DNA from: Candidatus Saccharimonadota bacterium
GTDB lineage: Bacteria; Pseudomonadota; Gammaproteobacteria; Enterobacterales; Enterobacteriaceae
Direction: 5' to 3'
Assembly: GCF_000973505.1 (NCBI RefSeq)
Contig: NZ_CP010048.1
Span: forward strand, 390,001-422,000
Length of the DNA stretch: 32,000 bases
A program made the translations under genes and the position numbers. Below are positions 1-8,882 of the stretch, piece by piece; the first letter of the stretch is position 1; the number at the start of each line of letters is the position of its first letter. Below the pieces are notes generated by a model. The model was not told the origin of the DNA. It searched no databases and saw only the letters and a list, made by a program, of their open reading frames with translations.

Positions 1-4
1 TTAA

Positions 5-1003
5 TTGGAATATGTGGTGCCAAAATTTACTAAACCTGAAAAAAATAGTTTTATACTTTGCACTGTTTTATCAATGTTGTTGCATTTTATTTTAGCTGTT
101 TTTTTGTATTATAGTTATACAGTAAAAAATAAAAATAATATATCAAAATTAGCAAATAAAAAAAAATTAACATCCATGGATATAGAATTAACTAATCAAT
201 ACACAAAAACATCAAAACAACCATTTATTCAGACACCACAAGAAAAATTAAATAAAATAAAAATATTAGAAGACATCACACCCATGCAACCGGTTTCTCA
301 ACCATCTATTCAGACACCACAAGAAAAATTAAATAAAATAAAAATATTAGAAGACATCACACCCATGCAACCGGTTTCTCAACCATCTATTCAGACACCA
401 CAAGAAAAATTAAATAAAATAAAAATATTAGAAGACATCACACCCATGCAACCGGTTTCTCAACCATCTATTCAGACACCACAAGAAAAATTAAATAAAA
501 TAAAAATATTAGAAGACATCACACCCATGCAACCGGTTTCTCAACCATCTATTCAGACACCACAAGAAAAAAAACCACACATTTTACCTAACACTAAAAA
601 AATTACAAATGAATCTAATCTCAATTATTTATTGAATAAATTCATCAATAATAATGAAAATTTACTACAATTAAAAAATATAAACATAAAATCTATTAAT
701 AATACTAAATTTTATGAACAAGAATATCAATCAAAACTAGATGCAATAAATTTATATAAAATCATGATTACTCAATCGATCATCAATAAATTTTACAATA
801 ATACTAATTTTTCTGGAAAACAATGTACTTTACATATCACATTAGAAGACAATGATACAACAAATATCATAAAATCATTTGAAGGCAATTTCGAACTATG
901 TCAAGCGGCAATATCTGCAGTAAAATTAGCTGAAATACCAAAACCACCTGATTCAGAAATTGGTGAAATTTTTAAAAATATTACATTAAATTTTACACCA
1001 TAA
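5..1003 (+). CDS. tolA: TolA (Tol-Pal system inner-membrane protein). The central domain is built from 27-aa tandem repeats. The start codon is uncertain (TTG at 5, at the window edge).
   Basis: The N-terminal hydrophobic anchor (ILCTVLSMLLHFILAVFLYY) resembles TolA domain I. The C-terminus GKQCTLHITL...LCQAAISAVKLAEIPKPP...FKNITLNFTP matches the recalled E. coli TolA domain III end (...CTLRIKL...LCQAALAAAKLAKIPKPP...FKNAPLDFKP). The gene lies directly upstream of tolB-pal-cpoB. Confidence 0.85.
   Translation: MEYVVPKFTKPEKNSFILCTVLSMLLHFILAVFLYYSYTVKNKNNISKLANKKKLTSMDIELTNQYTKTSKQPFIQTPQEKLNKIKILEDITPMQPVSQPSIQTPQEKLNKIKILEDITPMQPVSQPSIQTPQEKLNKIKILEDITPMQPVSQPSIQTPQEKLNKIKILEDITPMQPVSQPSIQTPQEKKPHILPNTKKITNESNLNYLLNKFINNNENLLQLKNINIKSINNTKFYEQEYQSKLDAINLYKIMITQSIINKFYNNTNFSGKQCTLHITLEDNDTTNIIKSFEGNFELCQAAISAVKLAEIPKPPDSEIGEIFKNITLNFTP
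227..571 (+). repeat. Perfect 81-bp tandem repeat, 4 full copies plus a 21-nt partial fifth copy, in frame inside tolA
   Basis: Copies at 227-307, 308-388, 389-469 and 470-550 are identical base for base. Positions 551-571 repeat the first 21 nt. The encoded unit is IQTPQEKLNKIKILEDITPMQPVSQPS. Confidence 0.97.
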
Positions 1004-1093
1004 TAAACATAAATACTATTCCTTTAATATCGAAAAAATAATAATTTATTCATAATTTTTTCCTCTGGGGATAGCAAACAATATTTTTAATCA

Positions 1094-2398
1094 ATGTACC
1101 ACATATTTACATTATTAATTGTTTTTTTTTGTATTCCATCATTGATTTTTGCAGAAATTTGCATTGATATTACTAAAGGAATTAACCGTCCACGTCCAAT
1201 TAGTATTCTTCCTTTTAATACAACAAACCTACTCAATATTGGTGATATTGCCGAAATTATTGCATTTGATTTAAACAGTACTGGTAAATTTTATGTTTTA
1301 TCTCGTACAGAATTTCCAGAACAGCCTACTAATCTTTCTGAAATTACTGTCCACAAATGGTTAAAATCAGGTAACGATATTATCGTTATTGGTAAAATCA
1401 ATATTATAAATAATAATCAGTATGAAATTTTTTATCAATTAGTAAATATTGCTAATAAACATCCTAATAAGACTGTCATTTTACAAAATAAATATACAGT
1501 TACTCAAGAATGGATCCGTTATGCTGCACATACTATTAGTAACGACATTTTTGAAAAATTAATTGGTATTTCAGGGGAATTTTGTACTAAAATTGCTTAC
1601 ATTACGTATGTAAAAAATAGACAATATCCTTACAGATTGTATATTTCTGATTATGATGGTAATAATCAGATTTTAGTCTATCAATCTACAGAACCATTAA
1701 TGTCACCCGCTTGGGCTCCATCTGGAAAACAATTAGCGTATGTACTATTTTCAAATAATCGTTCAATACTTGTATTACATGATTTAAACAATGGTTCTAT
1801 ACGACAAATAGTTAATTTTCCTCGCCATAATGGCGCACCTGCTTTTTCTCCTGATGGAAAAAAATTAGCTTTTGTTTTATCCAAAACAGGGAGTTTAAAT
1901 TTATATATTATGGATCTTAGCTCTAATTATATTAAACAAATTACCAATGAACGTAATAATAATACAGAACCAAGTTGGTTTCCAGATAATAACAATTTAG
2001 CATATACTTCAGATCGAAGTGGAAAACCGCAAATATACAAGATTGATACTAGCAAAAAAAATATTTCATCAAAAAGATTATCTTGGGAAAATGTTAAAAA
2101 TCAAAATGGAAAGGTTAGTTCTGATGGAAAATTTTTGATTATGATAAGTGGAAACAATAATGCTCAATATATTACAAAATTAAATTTGCTAACCGAACAA
2201 TATCAAAAATTAACAAACAGCACATTAGATGAAACACCTACATTATCACCAAGTAATAACATGATTATTTACAGTACATCAGAACAATCATCTTCTGCTA
2301 AACTATATCTAATTTCAGTTGATGGACGATTTAAAACTTGCCTTCCAATAAATGACGAACAAGTTAGATTTCCTGCGTGGTCTCCATATATAAAATAA
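1094..2398 (+). CDS. tolB: TolB, periplasmic beta-propeller protein of the Tol-Pal system
   Basis: The 434-aa ORF has a signal-peptide-like N-terminus. Long collinear matches to recalled E. coli TolB include PLMSPAWAPSGKQLAYV, FPRHNGAPAFSPDGKKLAF, SKTGSLNLYIMDL, NNTEPSWFPD and VRFPAWSPY. The tolA-tolB-pal order is conserved. Confidence 0.95.
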   Translation: MYHIFTLLIVFFCIPSLIFAEICIDITKGINRPRPISILPFNTTNLLNIGDIAEIIAFDLNSTGKFYVLSRTEFPEQPTNLSEITVHKWLKSGNDIIVIGKINIINNNQYEIFYQLVNIANKHPNKTVILQNKYTVTQEWIRYAAHTISNDIFEKLIGISGEFCTKIAYITYVKNRQYPYRLYISDYDGNNQILVYQSTEPLMSPAWAPSGKQLAYVLFSNNRSILVLHDLNNGSIRQIVNFPRHNGAPAFSPDGKKLAFVLSKTGSLNLYIMDLSSNYIKQITNERNNNTEPSWFPDNNNLAYTSDRSGKPQIYKIDTSKKNISSKRLSWENVKNQNGKVSSDGKFLIMISGNNNAQYITKLNLLTEQYQKLTNSTLDETPTLSPSNNMIIYSTSEQSSSAKLYLISVDGRFKTCLPINDEQVRFPAWSPYIK

Positions 2399-2435
2399 TC
2401 TTAAGTTATAAAAAAATTACATAAGGATAATAATT

Positions 2436-2954
2436 ATGAACATAAAATTCTCACCATTACAATATATTATATTTATAATGATTTCTAATATATATATAAC
2501 ATCTTGTTGCAACAATGATTCAATTGATACTGAGTACAAAAAAAACGTAAATATAAATACCACTCAACATACTAATGATACAAATCCATTTGTGATGAAC
2601 AACATAACCAATCAAATTCGCATTTTAAAAAATATAAACACAATTTATTTTGATCTTGATCAATATAATATTTTGCCTCAATTTTTTCAAATATTACATA
2701 AACACGCTGATTTTTTATGTAAAAATGAATATTATAAAATAGTTATAGAAGGACATGCAGATGAACGAGGTACACCAGAATATAATATTGCTTTAGGAGA
2801 ACGTCGTGCAAATTCTGTTAAAATGTATTTACAAAGCTTAGGTGTATTAGATCAACAAATGTCTATTTTGTCTTATGGTAAAGAAAAACCAATCTTTTTA
2901 GGACATCATGAAGATGATTATGCAAAAAACAGACGAGTTGTATTAGCATATTAA
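2436..2954 (+). CDS. pal: Peptidoglycan-associated outer-membrane lipoprotein Pal
   Basis: A lipobox-like ITSC lies at the end of the hydrophobic N-terminus. The OmpA-like C-terminal domain reads IYFDLDQY...[29 protein letters not shown]...SYGKEKP...NRRVVL, close to E. coli Pal. Confidence 0.95.
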   Translation: MNIKFSPLQYIIFIMISNIYITSCCNNDSIDTEYKKNVNINTTQHTNDTNPFVMNNITNQIRILKNINTIYFDLDQYNILPQFFQILHKHADFLCKNEYYKIVIEGHADERGTPEYNIALGERRANSVKMYLQSLGVLDQQMSILSYGKEKPIFLGHHEDDYAKNRRVVLAY

Positions 2955-2979
2955 TTCAATAAATTATTTATTAAAAGCG

Positions 2980-3747
2980 ATGAAAACATATTTAAACGTT
3001 ATTTCCTTCAATGCGGTCATAGTTATATCTTTAAGTATGATTCATTCTATAAATGCTTATTCAAATATTGCTAATCATAAAAATATACAAAACAACATAA
3101 CTCAATTAAAAAATATTTCTCATGCACATAGTGAATGTTTAATAAATTTTCAAAAACAAATTTTATTAATAGAAGAAGATATTAATGTTTTAAGAGGACA
3201 AATTCAAGACACTGAACATCAATTATCAAAAATGATTGAACAACAAAAAAATATTATTCAAAAAATAGATGGGATCATAAAGAAAAAATCAAATCTATCA
3301 AATAATTACATTGATAATAATGTGATTTTTCATTCAAAAAACACAGAAAACATTTTTCACACTAATAATGATAACAATCAACATATTAATGATTATAATA
3401 AAGCTGTAAGTTTAGTTTTAGAAAACAAACAATATGAACAAGCTATTCAGGCGTTTCAAAAATTTATATTACAATATCCTAATTCTGTATACCAACCGAA
3501 CGCACATTATTGGTTAGGACAATTAAATTATAGAAAGGGTAATAAACATAATGCATCATATCATTTCGCATTAGTAGCAAAAAAATACCCAAAATCACTA
3601 AAAGCAGCAGATTCTCTGTTAAAAGTTGGAATTATCATGCAAGAAAATGGTGACAACGACAACGCCAAATTTATTTATAAACAAATTAATTATTTGTACC
3701 CAAATAGTGATGCAGCTAAACAAATTCACAAACGATTAAAGCAATAA
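2980..3747 (+). CDS. cpoB: Cell-division coordinator CpoB (YbgF), with a coiled-coil and TPR domain
   Basis: Its position immediately after pal matches E. coli. It has a signal peptide, a coiled-coil region (LRGQIQDTEHQL...) and a C-terminal TPR-like region (YNKAVSLVLENKQYEQAIQAFQKFILQYPNS.YQPNAHYWLGQ...). Confidence 0.85.
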   Translation: MKTYLNVISFNAVIVISLSMIHSINAYSNIANHKNIQNNITQLKNISHAHSECLINFQKQILLIEEDINVLRGQIQDTEHQLSKMIEQQKNIIQKIDGIIKKKSNLSNNYIDNNVIFHSKNTENIFHTNNDNNQHINDYNKAVSLVLENKQYEQAIQAFQKFILQYPNSVYQPNAHYWLGQLNYRKGNKHNASYHFALVAKKYPKSLKAADSLLKVGIIMQENGDNDNAKFIYKQINYLYPNSDAAKQIHKRLKQ

Positions 3748-3914
3748 TAAATAATGTCATTTACAATAATTAATGTTTTCAAAATTACAAAATATTTTTA
3801 ACACAACAAAAAACAAAAAAATATGTGTTTTATTTTAATGTTCACATCTTATCCGTTTTTGTAACTACAAAAGGTTATTCCCCAATCTTACAAATAATAT
3901 TTCACAAGCCAGTA

Positions 3915-4634
3915 TTAATTAATACGTAAATAATAAAATTTAATAAAACTAAAATTTATGTCAGGGTCAAATTCACAAACTATTGGTATCCCAGTGGGGA
4001 TATTAAGATCAATAATTTCATCATCATTTAAGTTATTTAAAAACTTTAGTATAGCTCGAATAGTATTTCCATGAACACTAACAATCAACGATTTTTTATT
4101 TTTAATTTGAGGAAAAATTTCATGTGTCCAGTAAGGAAGAATGCGATTTAACGCTAATGATAAACTTTCCGAACGAGGTAATTCTTTGAAATTTAAATTA
4201 ACGTAACGAGGATCTTTTCGTAACAATAAAACTTCATCAGCATCTGTTTGCGGAGGGCTAATAAAAAAGCTTCGTCTCCATTGTTTCACTTGTTCGGCAC
4301 CATATTTTTTAATAACGTCGCATTTATTCATCCCCTGTAAAGATCCATAATGTCTTTCATTTAATCGCCATGATTTTTTAACTGGTAACCATGTTTGATT
4401 AAGTTCATCCATGATTATCCATAGAGTGTGAATAGCACGTTTTAACACTGACGTATAACCACAATCAAAAACAAACCCTTCTTTTTTCAAGAATTTTCCA
4501 GCTTGTTTGGCATCATGACATCCTTTCTCTGAAAGGCCAATATCCACCCAACCAGTAAAACGATTCTCCTTATTCCACTGACTTTCTCCATGTCGAATAA
4601 GTACTAACTGAATATTCGTGCTTTTCATCATCAC
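3915..4634 (-). CDS. gpmA: 2,3-bisphosphoglycerate-dependent phosphoglycerate mutase, lacking the usual C-terminal tail
   Basis: [20 protein letters not shown], the catalytic His motif, and then [30 protein letters not shown] and HGN..RA are collinear with E. coli GpmA. The ORF ends at ...FYYLRIN, about 17 residues short of the E. coli C-terminus. Confidence 0.93.
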   Translation of the reverse strand: MMMKSTNIQLVLIRHGESQWNKENRFTGWVDIGLSEKGCHDAKQAGKFLKKEGFVFDCGYTSVLKRAIHTLWIIMDELNQTWLPVKKSWRLNERHYGSLQGMNKCDVIKKYGAEQVKQWRRSFFISPPQTDADEVLLLRKDPRYVNLNFKELPRSESLSLALNRILPYWTHEIFPQIKNKKSLIVSVHGNTIRAILKFLNNLNDDEIIDLNIPTGIPIVCEFDPDINFSFIKFYYLRIN

Positions 4635-4878
4635 AGTAAAATCTCACTTAAATTAATATACAGACATTAATTTAGTATCATACCATTTATATTGTATTAT
4701 CTATATAATATAATATTGTTACTGATATTTCAAAAAAAATATACTAAAAATTTTTAAACAATCATTATTTACACACTGTATAAAAATATCATTTAAATGG
4801 TTTATCACAACAATAAACAAACATTCTAACTAATATCCATAATCATTAACTTTCACAATATTATATTAAAGATATTAC

Positions 4879-5895
4879 ATGATGAAACAAATAATTTACA
4901 TTACGAGCCCGAATAGTCACAACATACATGTTTGGAAAATAGATGAAAATTTATTACCACGACCAATACAAACAATAAATACCATAGAACAAGTACAACC
5001 TATGATTATTCATCCTAACAAAAAAAAATTATACGTTGGAACGCGAATTACTCCTAAAATAATTATTTATCATATTGAAAAAAATGGAATTCTTAACCAA
5101 CAAGGAGAACTATTAATTTCCGGATATTCAACACATTTAAACATTAATAAACAAGGATCTTGTCTCTATTCTACCTCTTATAATAACAATAGTTTAGATG
5201 TCATACAATTAAATAACTCCGGTGAATGCACGTCAATATTACAAATATTAACAGGATTATCAGGATGTCATTCCTCGAATATAGAGATAACTAATACAAG
5301 ATTGTGGGTACCGTGCTTAAAGGAAGATTCTGTAAGAATATACGATATCAATAATTTAGGAACATTAAATACTCGTTCATTAAAAATGATTAACATTAAA
5401 ACTAATTCAGGCCCTCGACATATGGTATTTCATCATTCATATCGTTATGCATATATTATTAACGAAATCAGTAGTACTGTTAATGTTGTTAAAATTAATA
5501 AATATACTAATTGCACACCAATAATTACACAAACAGTGAATATTATTCCTGATGATAATATGAATATAAAAATCACAAAGAATAATTGGGCATCAGATAT
5601 ACATATTACCCATGATAATTGTTGGCTATATTGTAGCGAACGTCAAACTAGTATTATCAGTTATTTTAAAATACTTCAGGAAGGTAAAAAATTACAATAT
5701 GCAGGCTCTCAAGCTACTGAATCACAACCTAGAGGATTTGCAATAGATGATAGCGGAACATACTTAACTGTAGCTGGACAAAAATCAAATTTCTGTTCTG
5801 TGTATGAAATTGATAAAAAAATTGGTGCATTAAAACACTTTTTTCGATTTCCAGTCGGAATTGGCCCTACTTGGATTAAAATTTTAAATCAATAA
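4879..5895 (+). CDS. pgl: 6-phosphogluconolactonase (YbhE/Pgl family, beta-propeller)
   Basis: MKQIIYITSP...IHVW, QVQPM, GCHS.NI, LWVPCLKED, GPRHMVFH..YRYAYIINE, WASDIHIT and ESQPRGF are collinear with recalled E. coli Pgl (MKQTVYIASPESQQIHVW...GPRHMVFHP...WAADIHITPDG...ETQPRGF). Confidence 0.9.
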   Translation: MMKQIIYITSPNSHNIHVWKIDENLLPRPIQTINTIEQVQPMIIHPNKKKLYVGTRITPKIIIYHIEKNGILNQQGELLISGYSTHLNINKQGSCLYSTSYNNNSLDVIQLNNSGECTSILQILTGLSGCHSSNIEITNTRLWVPCLKEDSVRIYDINNLGTLNTRSLKMINIKTNSGPRHMVFHHSYRYAYIINEISSTVNVVKINKYTNCTPIITQTVNIIPDDNMNIKITKNNWASDIHITHDNCWLYCSERQTSIISYFKILQEGKKLQYAGSQATESQPRGFAIDDSGTYLTVAGQKSNFCSVYEIDKKIGALKHFFRFPVGIGPTWIKILNQ

Positions 5896-6031
5896 AATTT
5901 GAAATTTATCGAAAATTTCTTGCTGAAATAAAATTTTACTCTTGACCTCCTGTAATTTATACGATAATCTTAAACCAAACAGTTTTTATCATGTTGATTA
6001 TGTATTTACGTTTAAATTTAAGGTGATATTT

Positions 6032-6742
6032 ATGGACCGATTCTCCCGTTTTCAAGGTGCACTTGTAGAACGAGCCAATAGTACAATTCAGCCGTTTATT
6101 GCGCAAGTGTTTGGCTGGATGTCTTGTGGGTTATTATTAACATCTTTTGTTGCATGGTATGCTTCTCAATCACCAATAATATTACAGTTTATTTTTTCTA
6201 ATCAAATCACTTTTTTTAGTCTAATTATTATTCAATTAGGGTTAGTTTTTGTCCTTTCTGGTATGGTGTCTCGTTTAAGTGGGGCATTAGCAACAACATT
6301 ATTCATGTTTTACTCAATGCTGACTGGATTAACTTTATCTAGCATTTTTATTATTTATACTGCTTCTTCTATTGCCAGTACTTTTATAGTAACTGCAGGA
6401 ATGTTTGGAACTATGACATGTTATGGTTATACTACTAAACGAGATTTAAGTAGCTTGGGAAACCTACTATTTATGGCCATGATTGGAATAATATTGGGTT
6501 CTGTGGTGAACCTATGGTTGAAAAGTACTCCGTTAATGTGGTTAATTACTTATATTGGTGTTGTTATATTCGTTGCCTTGACTGCTTATGACACACAAAA
6601 ATTAAAATCCATGGGCGCTACTTTAGCTATGGACAATAAAGAGCAAGTTAGAAAGTATTCCATTCTAGGAGCACTAACGTTGTATCTTGATTTTATAAAT
6701 TTATTTTTGATGATGATTCGAATTTTTGGTAATCGAAGATAA
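6032..6742 (+). CDS. ybhL: BAX-inhibitor-1/YccA-family inner-membrane protein YbhL
   Basis: From the ATG at 6032, the protein MDRFSRF...AQVFGWM..GLLLT.FVAWY...LTGLTLSSIFIIYTASSIASTF.VTAGMFG...YGYTTKRDLS...TAYDTQKLK..G...RKYSILGALTLYLDFINLFLM.IRIFGNRR is nearly collinear with E. coli YbhL. The track ORF start at 5942 is an unsupported upstream extension. Confidence 0.9.
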   Translation: MDRFSRFQGALVERANSTIQPFIAQVFGWMSCGLLLTSFVAWYASQSPIILQFIFSNQITFFSLIIIQLGLVFVLSGMVSRLSGALATTLFMFYSMLTGLTLSSIFIIYTASSIASTFIVTAGMFGTMTCYGYTTKRDLSSLGNLLFMAMIGIILGSVVNLWLKSTPLMWLITYIGVVIFVALTAYDTQKLKSMGATLAMDNKEQVRKYSILGALTLYLDFINLFLMMIRIFGNRR

Positions 6743-7017
6743 ACAAAAAATCAAAAATTTATATATTTATATAAAATGACATTACATTAATAGTTGATTT
6801 TTTGTTAGTTTAGTGTCACTGCTTGTACGTTAATTTTTTATATAAATTTTAATTAATTATTATAAAACAACAAAATAACAAAAACAGGTGTTGTTGTCCT
6901 TTATTATAAACAGTAAACATAATATTTTTGTTTTATGCTTTTTTTTATAAATAAAATAAAGGACAATAACAGCTCTGCTAATTTAATGACACGTTTATTA
7001 TTTTATATTCTTATATA

Positions 7018-8133
7018 TCATATCAAGAAATGTAATATATCACCATCTTGAATGAGGTAGTTTTTTCCTTCAATTTTAATTTTTCCGTGTTTTTTTGCAG
7101 AAAACTTTCCTTGAAAAAAAATAAAATCATTATATCGCACAACTTGAACGCGAATAAACATTCTTCGAAAATCGCTATGAATCATATCAGCTGCTTGTAT
7201 TGCTACAGTGTCTTTTGATATTATCCATGCTCTTATCTCTTGTGTATTAACAGTGAAAAATGTTTTTAATCGTAAAACATGATATAATGTATTAACAAAA
7301 TCAAATATTTTAGAGTGATTAAAGTAATCTTCAAAAAAAGACACCATATCATCAAACATAATATCATTATATTTAACTTTTGTTCTCATTGATTCCGATG
7401 CAGACAAAACACATATTGGTATATATGGAACATTATCAACAGTAGAAATTTCTGATATTTCATTCAAATAATAATTATTATTACTAATACTGTCGATATT
7501 AGCGATATATATCATTGGTTTATAAGTTAAAAAATTAAAATTCTTCAGAATCACTTTCTCTTCTTTATCGAAAATAAGATTGCATAATCTAGTTCCCTCA
7601 TATAAATGTTCTAAACAATTATTTAATAATGATACAGTTTGAGTAATATCTTTAACAACATCTTTTTTTTTGTCGTATCTACTAGTTTTTATTAAGGACG
7701 ATATCAATCGTTCACAAAGTGAAATATCAAACAATACTAACTCATCATGAATAATCTGAATATCTGTTTTAGGATCAATGTTATTATTAACATGATAAAT
7801 ATCATTTTTATCAAAACATCGAACAACATGACATAAAATATCAACTTGTGCAATATCATTTAAAAACTTATTACCTAATCCTTCTCCTCGTGAAGCCCCT
7901 TTAATCAATCCAGCAATATCAACTAACACTATATTTCCAGGAATTATACGTGTTGTGTGTACAAATTTAGATAACTTATATAGACGAATATCTAATATTG
8001 AAAGAATCCCTCGATTAGCATTGATGGTACAAAACGGAAAATTTTCAGATTTTACTGAAGAATGTGTAAGTAAGTTAAACAAAGTTGATTTACCTACATT
8101 TGGCAAACCAATAATACCACATTTGAATGTCAT
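7018..8133 (-). CDS. ychF: Ribosome-binding ATPase YchF (Obg-like GTPase/ATPase family)
   Basis: The N-terminus FKCGIIGLPNVGKSTLFN carries the P-loop. FPFCTI, VDIAGL.KGAS.GEGLGN.FL, VVRCF, and the C-terminal TGS-like region IHSDF...GK.Y...DGD..HF follow. It lies downstream of pth, as in E. coli. Confidence 0.93.
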   Translation of the reverse strand: MTFKCGIIGLPNVGKSTLFNLLTHSSVKSENFPFCTINANRGILSILDIRLYKLSKFVHTTRIIPGNIVLVDIAGLIKGASRGEGLGNKFLNDIAQVDILCHVVRCFDKNDIYHVNNNIDPKTDIQIIHDELVLFDISLCERLISSLIKTSRYDKKKDVVKDITQTVSLLNNCLEHLYEGTRLCNLIFDKEEKVILKNFNFLTYKPMIYIANIDSISNNNYYLNEISEISTVDNVPYIPICVLSASESMRTKVKYNDIMFDDMVSFFEDYFNHSKIFDFVNTLYHVLRLKTFFTVNTQEIRAWIISKDTVAIQAADMIHSDFRRMFIRVQVVRYNDFIFFQGKFSAKKHGKIKIEGKNYLIQDGDILHFLI

Positions 8134-8212
8134 AATATTTTAATATTATATAAATGATAATAATTTACACCCACATTAAATACAGTTATTAATAATTAAT
8201 TTCAATAAAACA

Positions 8213-8787
8213 TTAACATTTATTTAAACATTGTACAAACCCAGAAATATTTTTTATCAAAATCATTTCAGTGCAATTTACTACTTTAATAAGTAGTTCA
8301 TCAATTTTTTTTTTTCTTGTAAAGAAGGTTCGCTAAGCACAAAACGAGTTATTGAATTTTTTCTTAAAGGACGACCAATACCAATTCTCAATCTATAAAA
8401 ATTTTGATTGTCTAATTTTTTAATAATATCTTTGATTCCATTATGTCCATTATATCCACCAGAAAATTTTAATTGTGCACGACCTGGAAGCAAATCAAGT
8501 TCATCATGTGCCACTAAAATTTCATCACAAGATAATTGATAAAATTTAGCAATAGATAAAACAGACATTCCACTCATATTCATATAAGTAGTTGGTATTA
8601 ATAATCTAACATCAAAATCACATAAAACAATTTTTGCTGTATATCCATAAAATCTGTTTTCTTTTTTTAAAGAACATTGACCATTATACAACATCATTAA
8701 TTTTTCAACATACCAAGCGCCAATATTATGACGGGTATTAAAATATTCAGACGAAAAATTAGCTAAACCAACAATAAGTTTAATCAT
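8213..8787 (-). CDS. pth: Peptidyl-tRNA hydrolase Pth, with its reading frame broken at an A11 tract. The frame-0 ORF is 8281..8787. The conserved C-terminus continues in the -1 frame to a TAA at 8213-8215.
   Basis: IKLIVGLAN...TRHNIGAW, LLIPTTYMNMSG, ILVAHDELDL.PG, GHNG.KDI and FYRLRIGIGRP are collinear with E. coli Pth. After the A11 run (8305-8315 on the + strand) frame 0 gives LMNYLLK-stop. The -1 frame gives IDELLIKVVNCTEM..., matching E. coli [14 protein letters not shown]. Confidence 0.85.
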
Positions 8788-8882
8788 GTTTTTATTATTT
8801 ATCCTTCATTTAATGAATACTGACTCACTGCTAATACATCAACTTTATACTAATTTACTATAATCTAAAATATCTCCACTGA

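Noticed and set aside
227-571. Whether the regular 81-bp repeats could be a CRISPR array or a mobile-element terminus
   Set aside because: The repeats are directly abutting with no unique spacers. They are in frame within a tolA ORF that is continuous and homologous on both sides. No cas or transposase genes are nearby.
5942-6031. The 30-codon N-terminal extension of ybhL in the ORF track (TTG at 5942)
   Set aside because: E. coli YbhL begins MDRFPR..., matching the ATG at 6032 (MDRFSRF). The TTG at 5942 is better read as part of a TTGACC -35-like hexamer (TTGACC, 15-nt spacer, GATAAT), a weak promoter candidate that I did not list as a feature.
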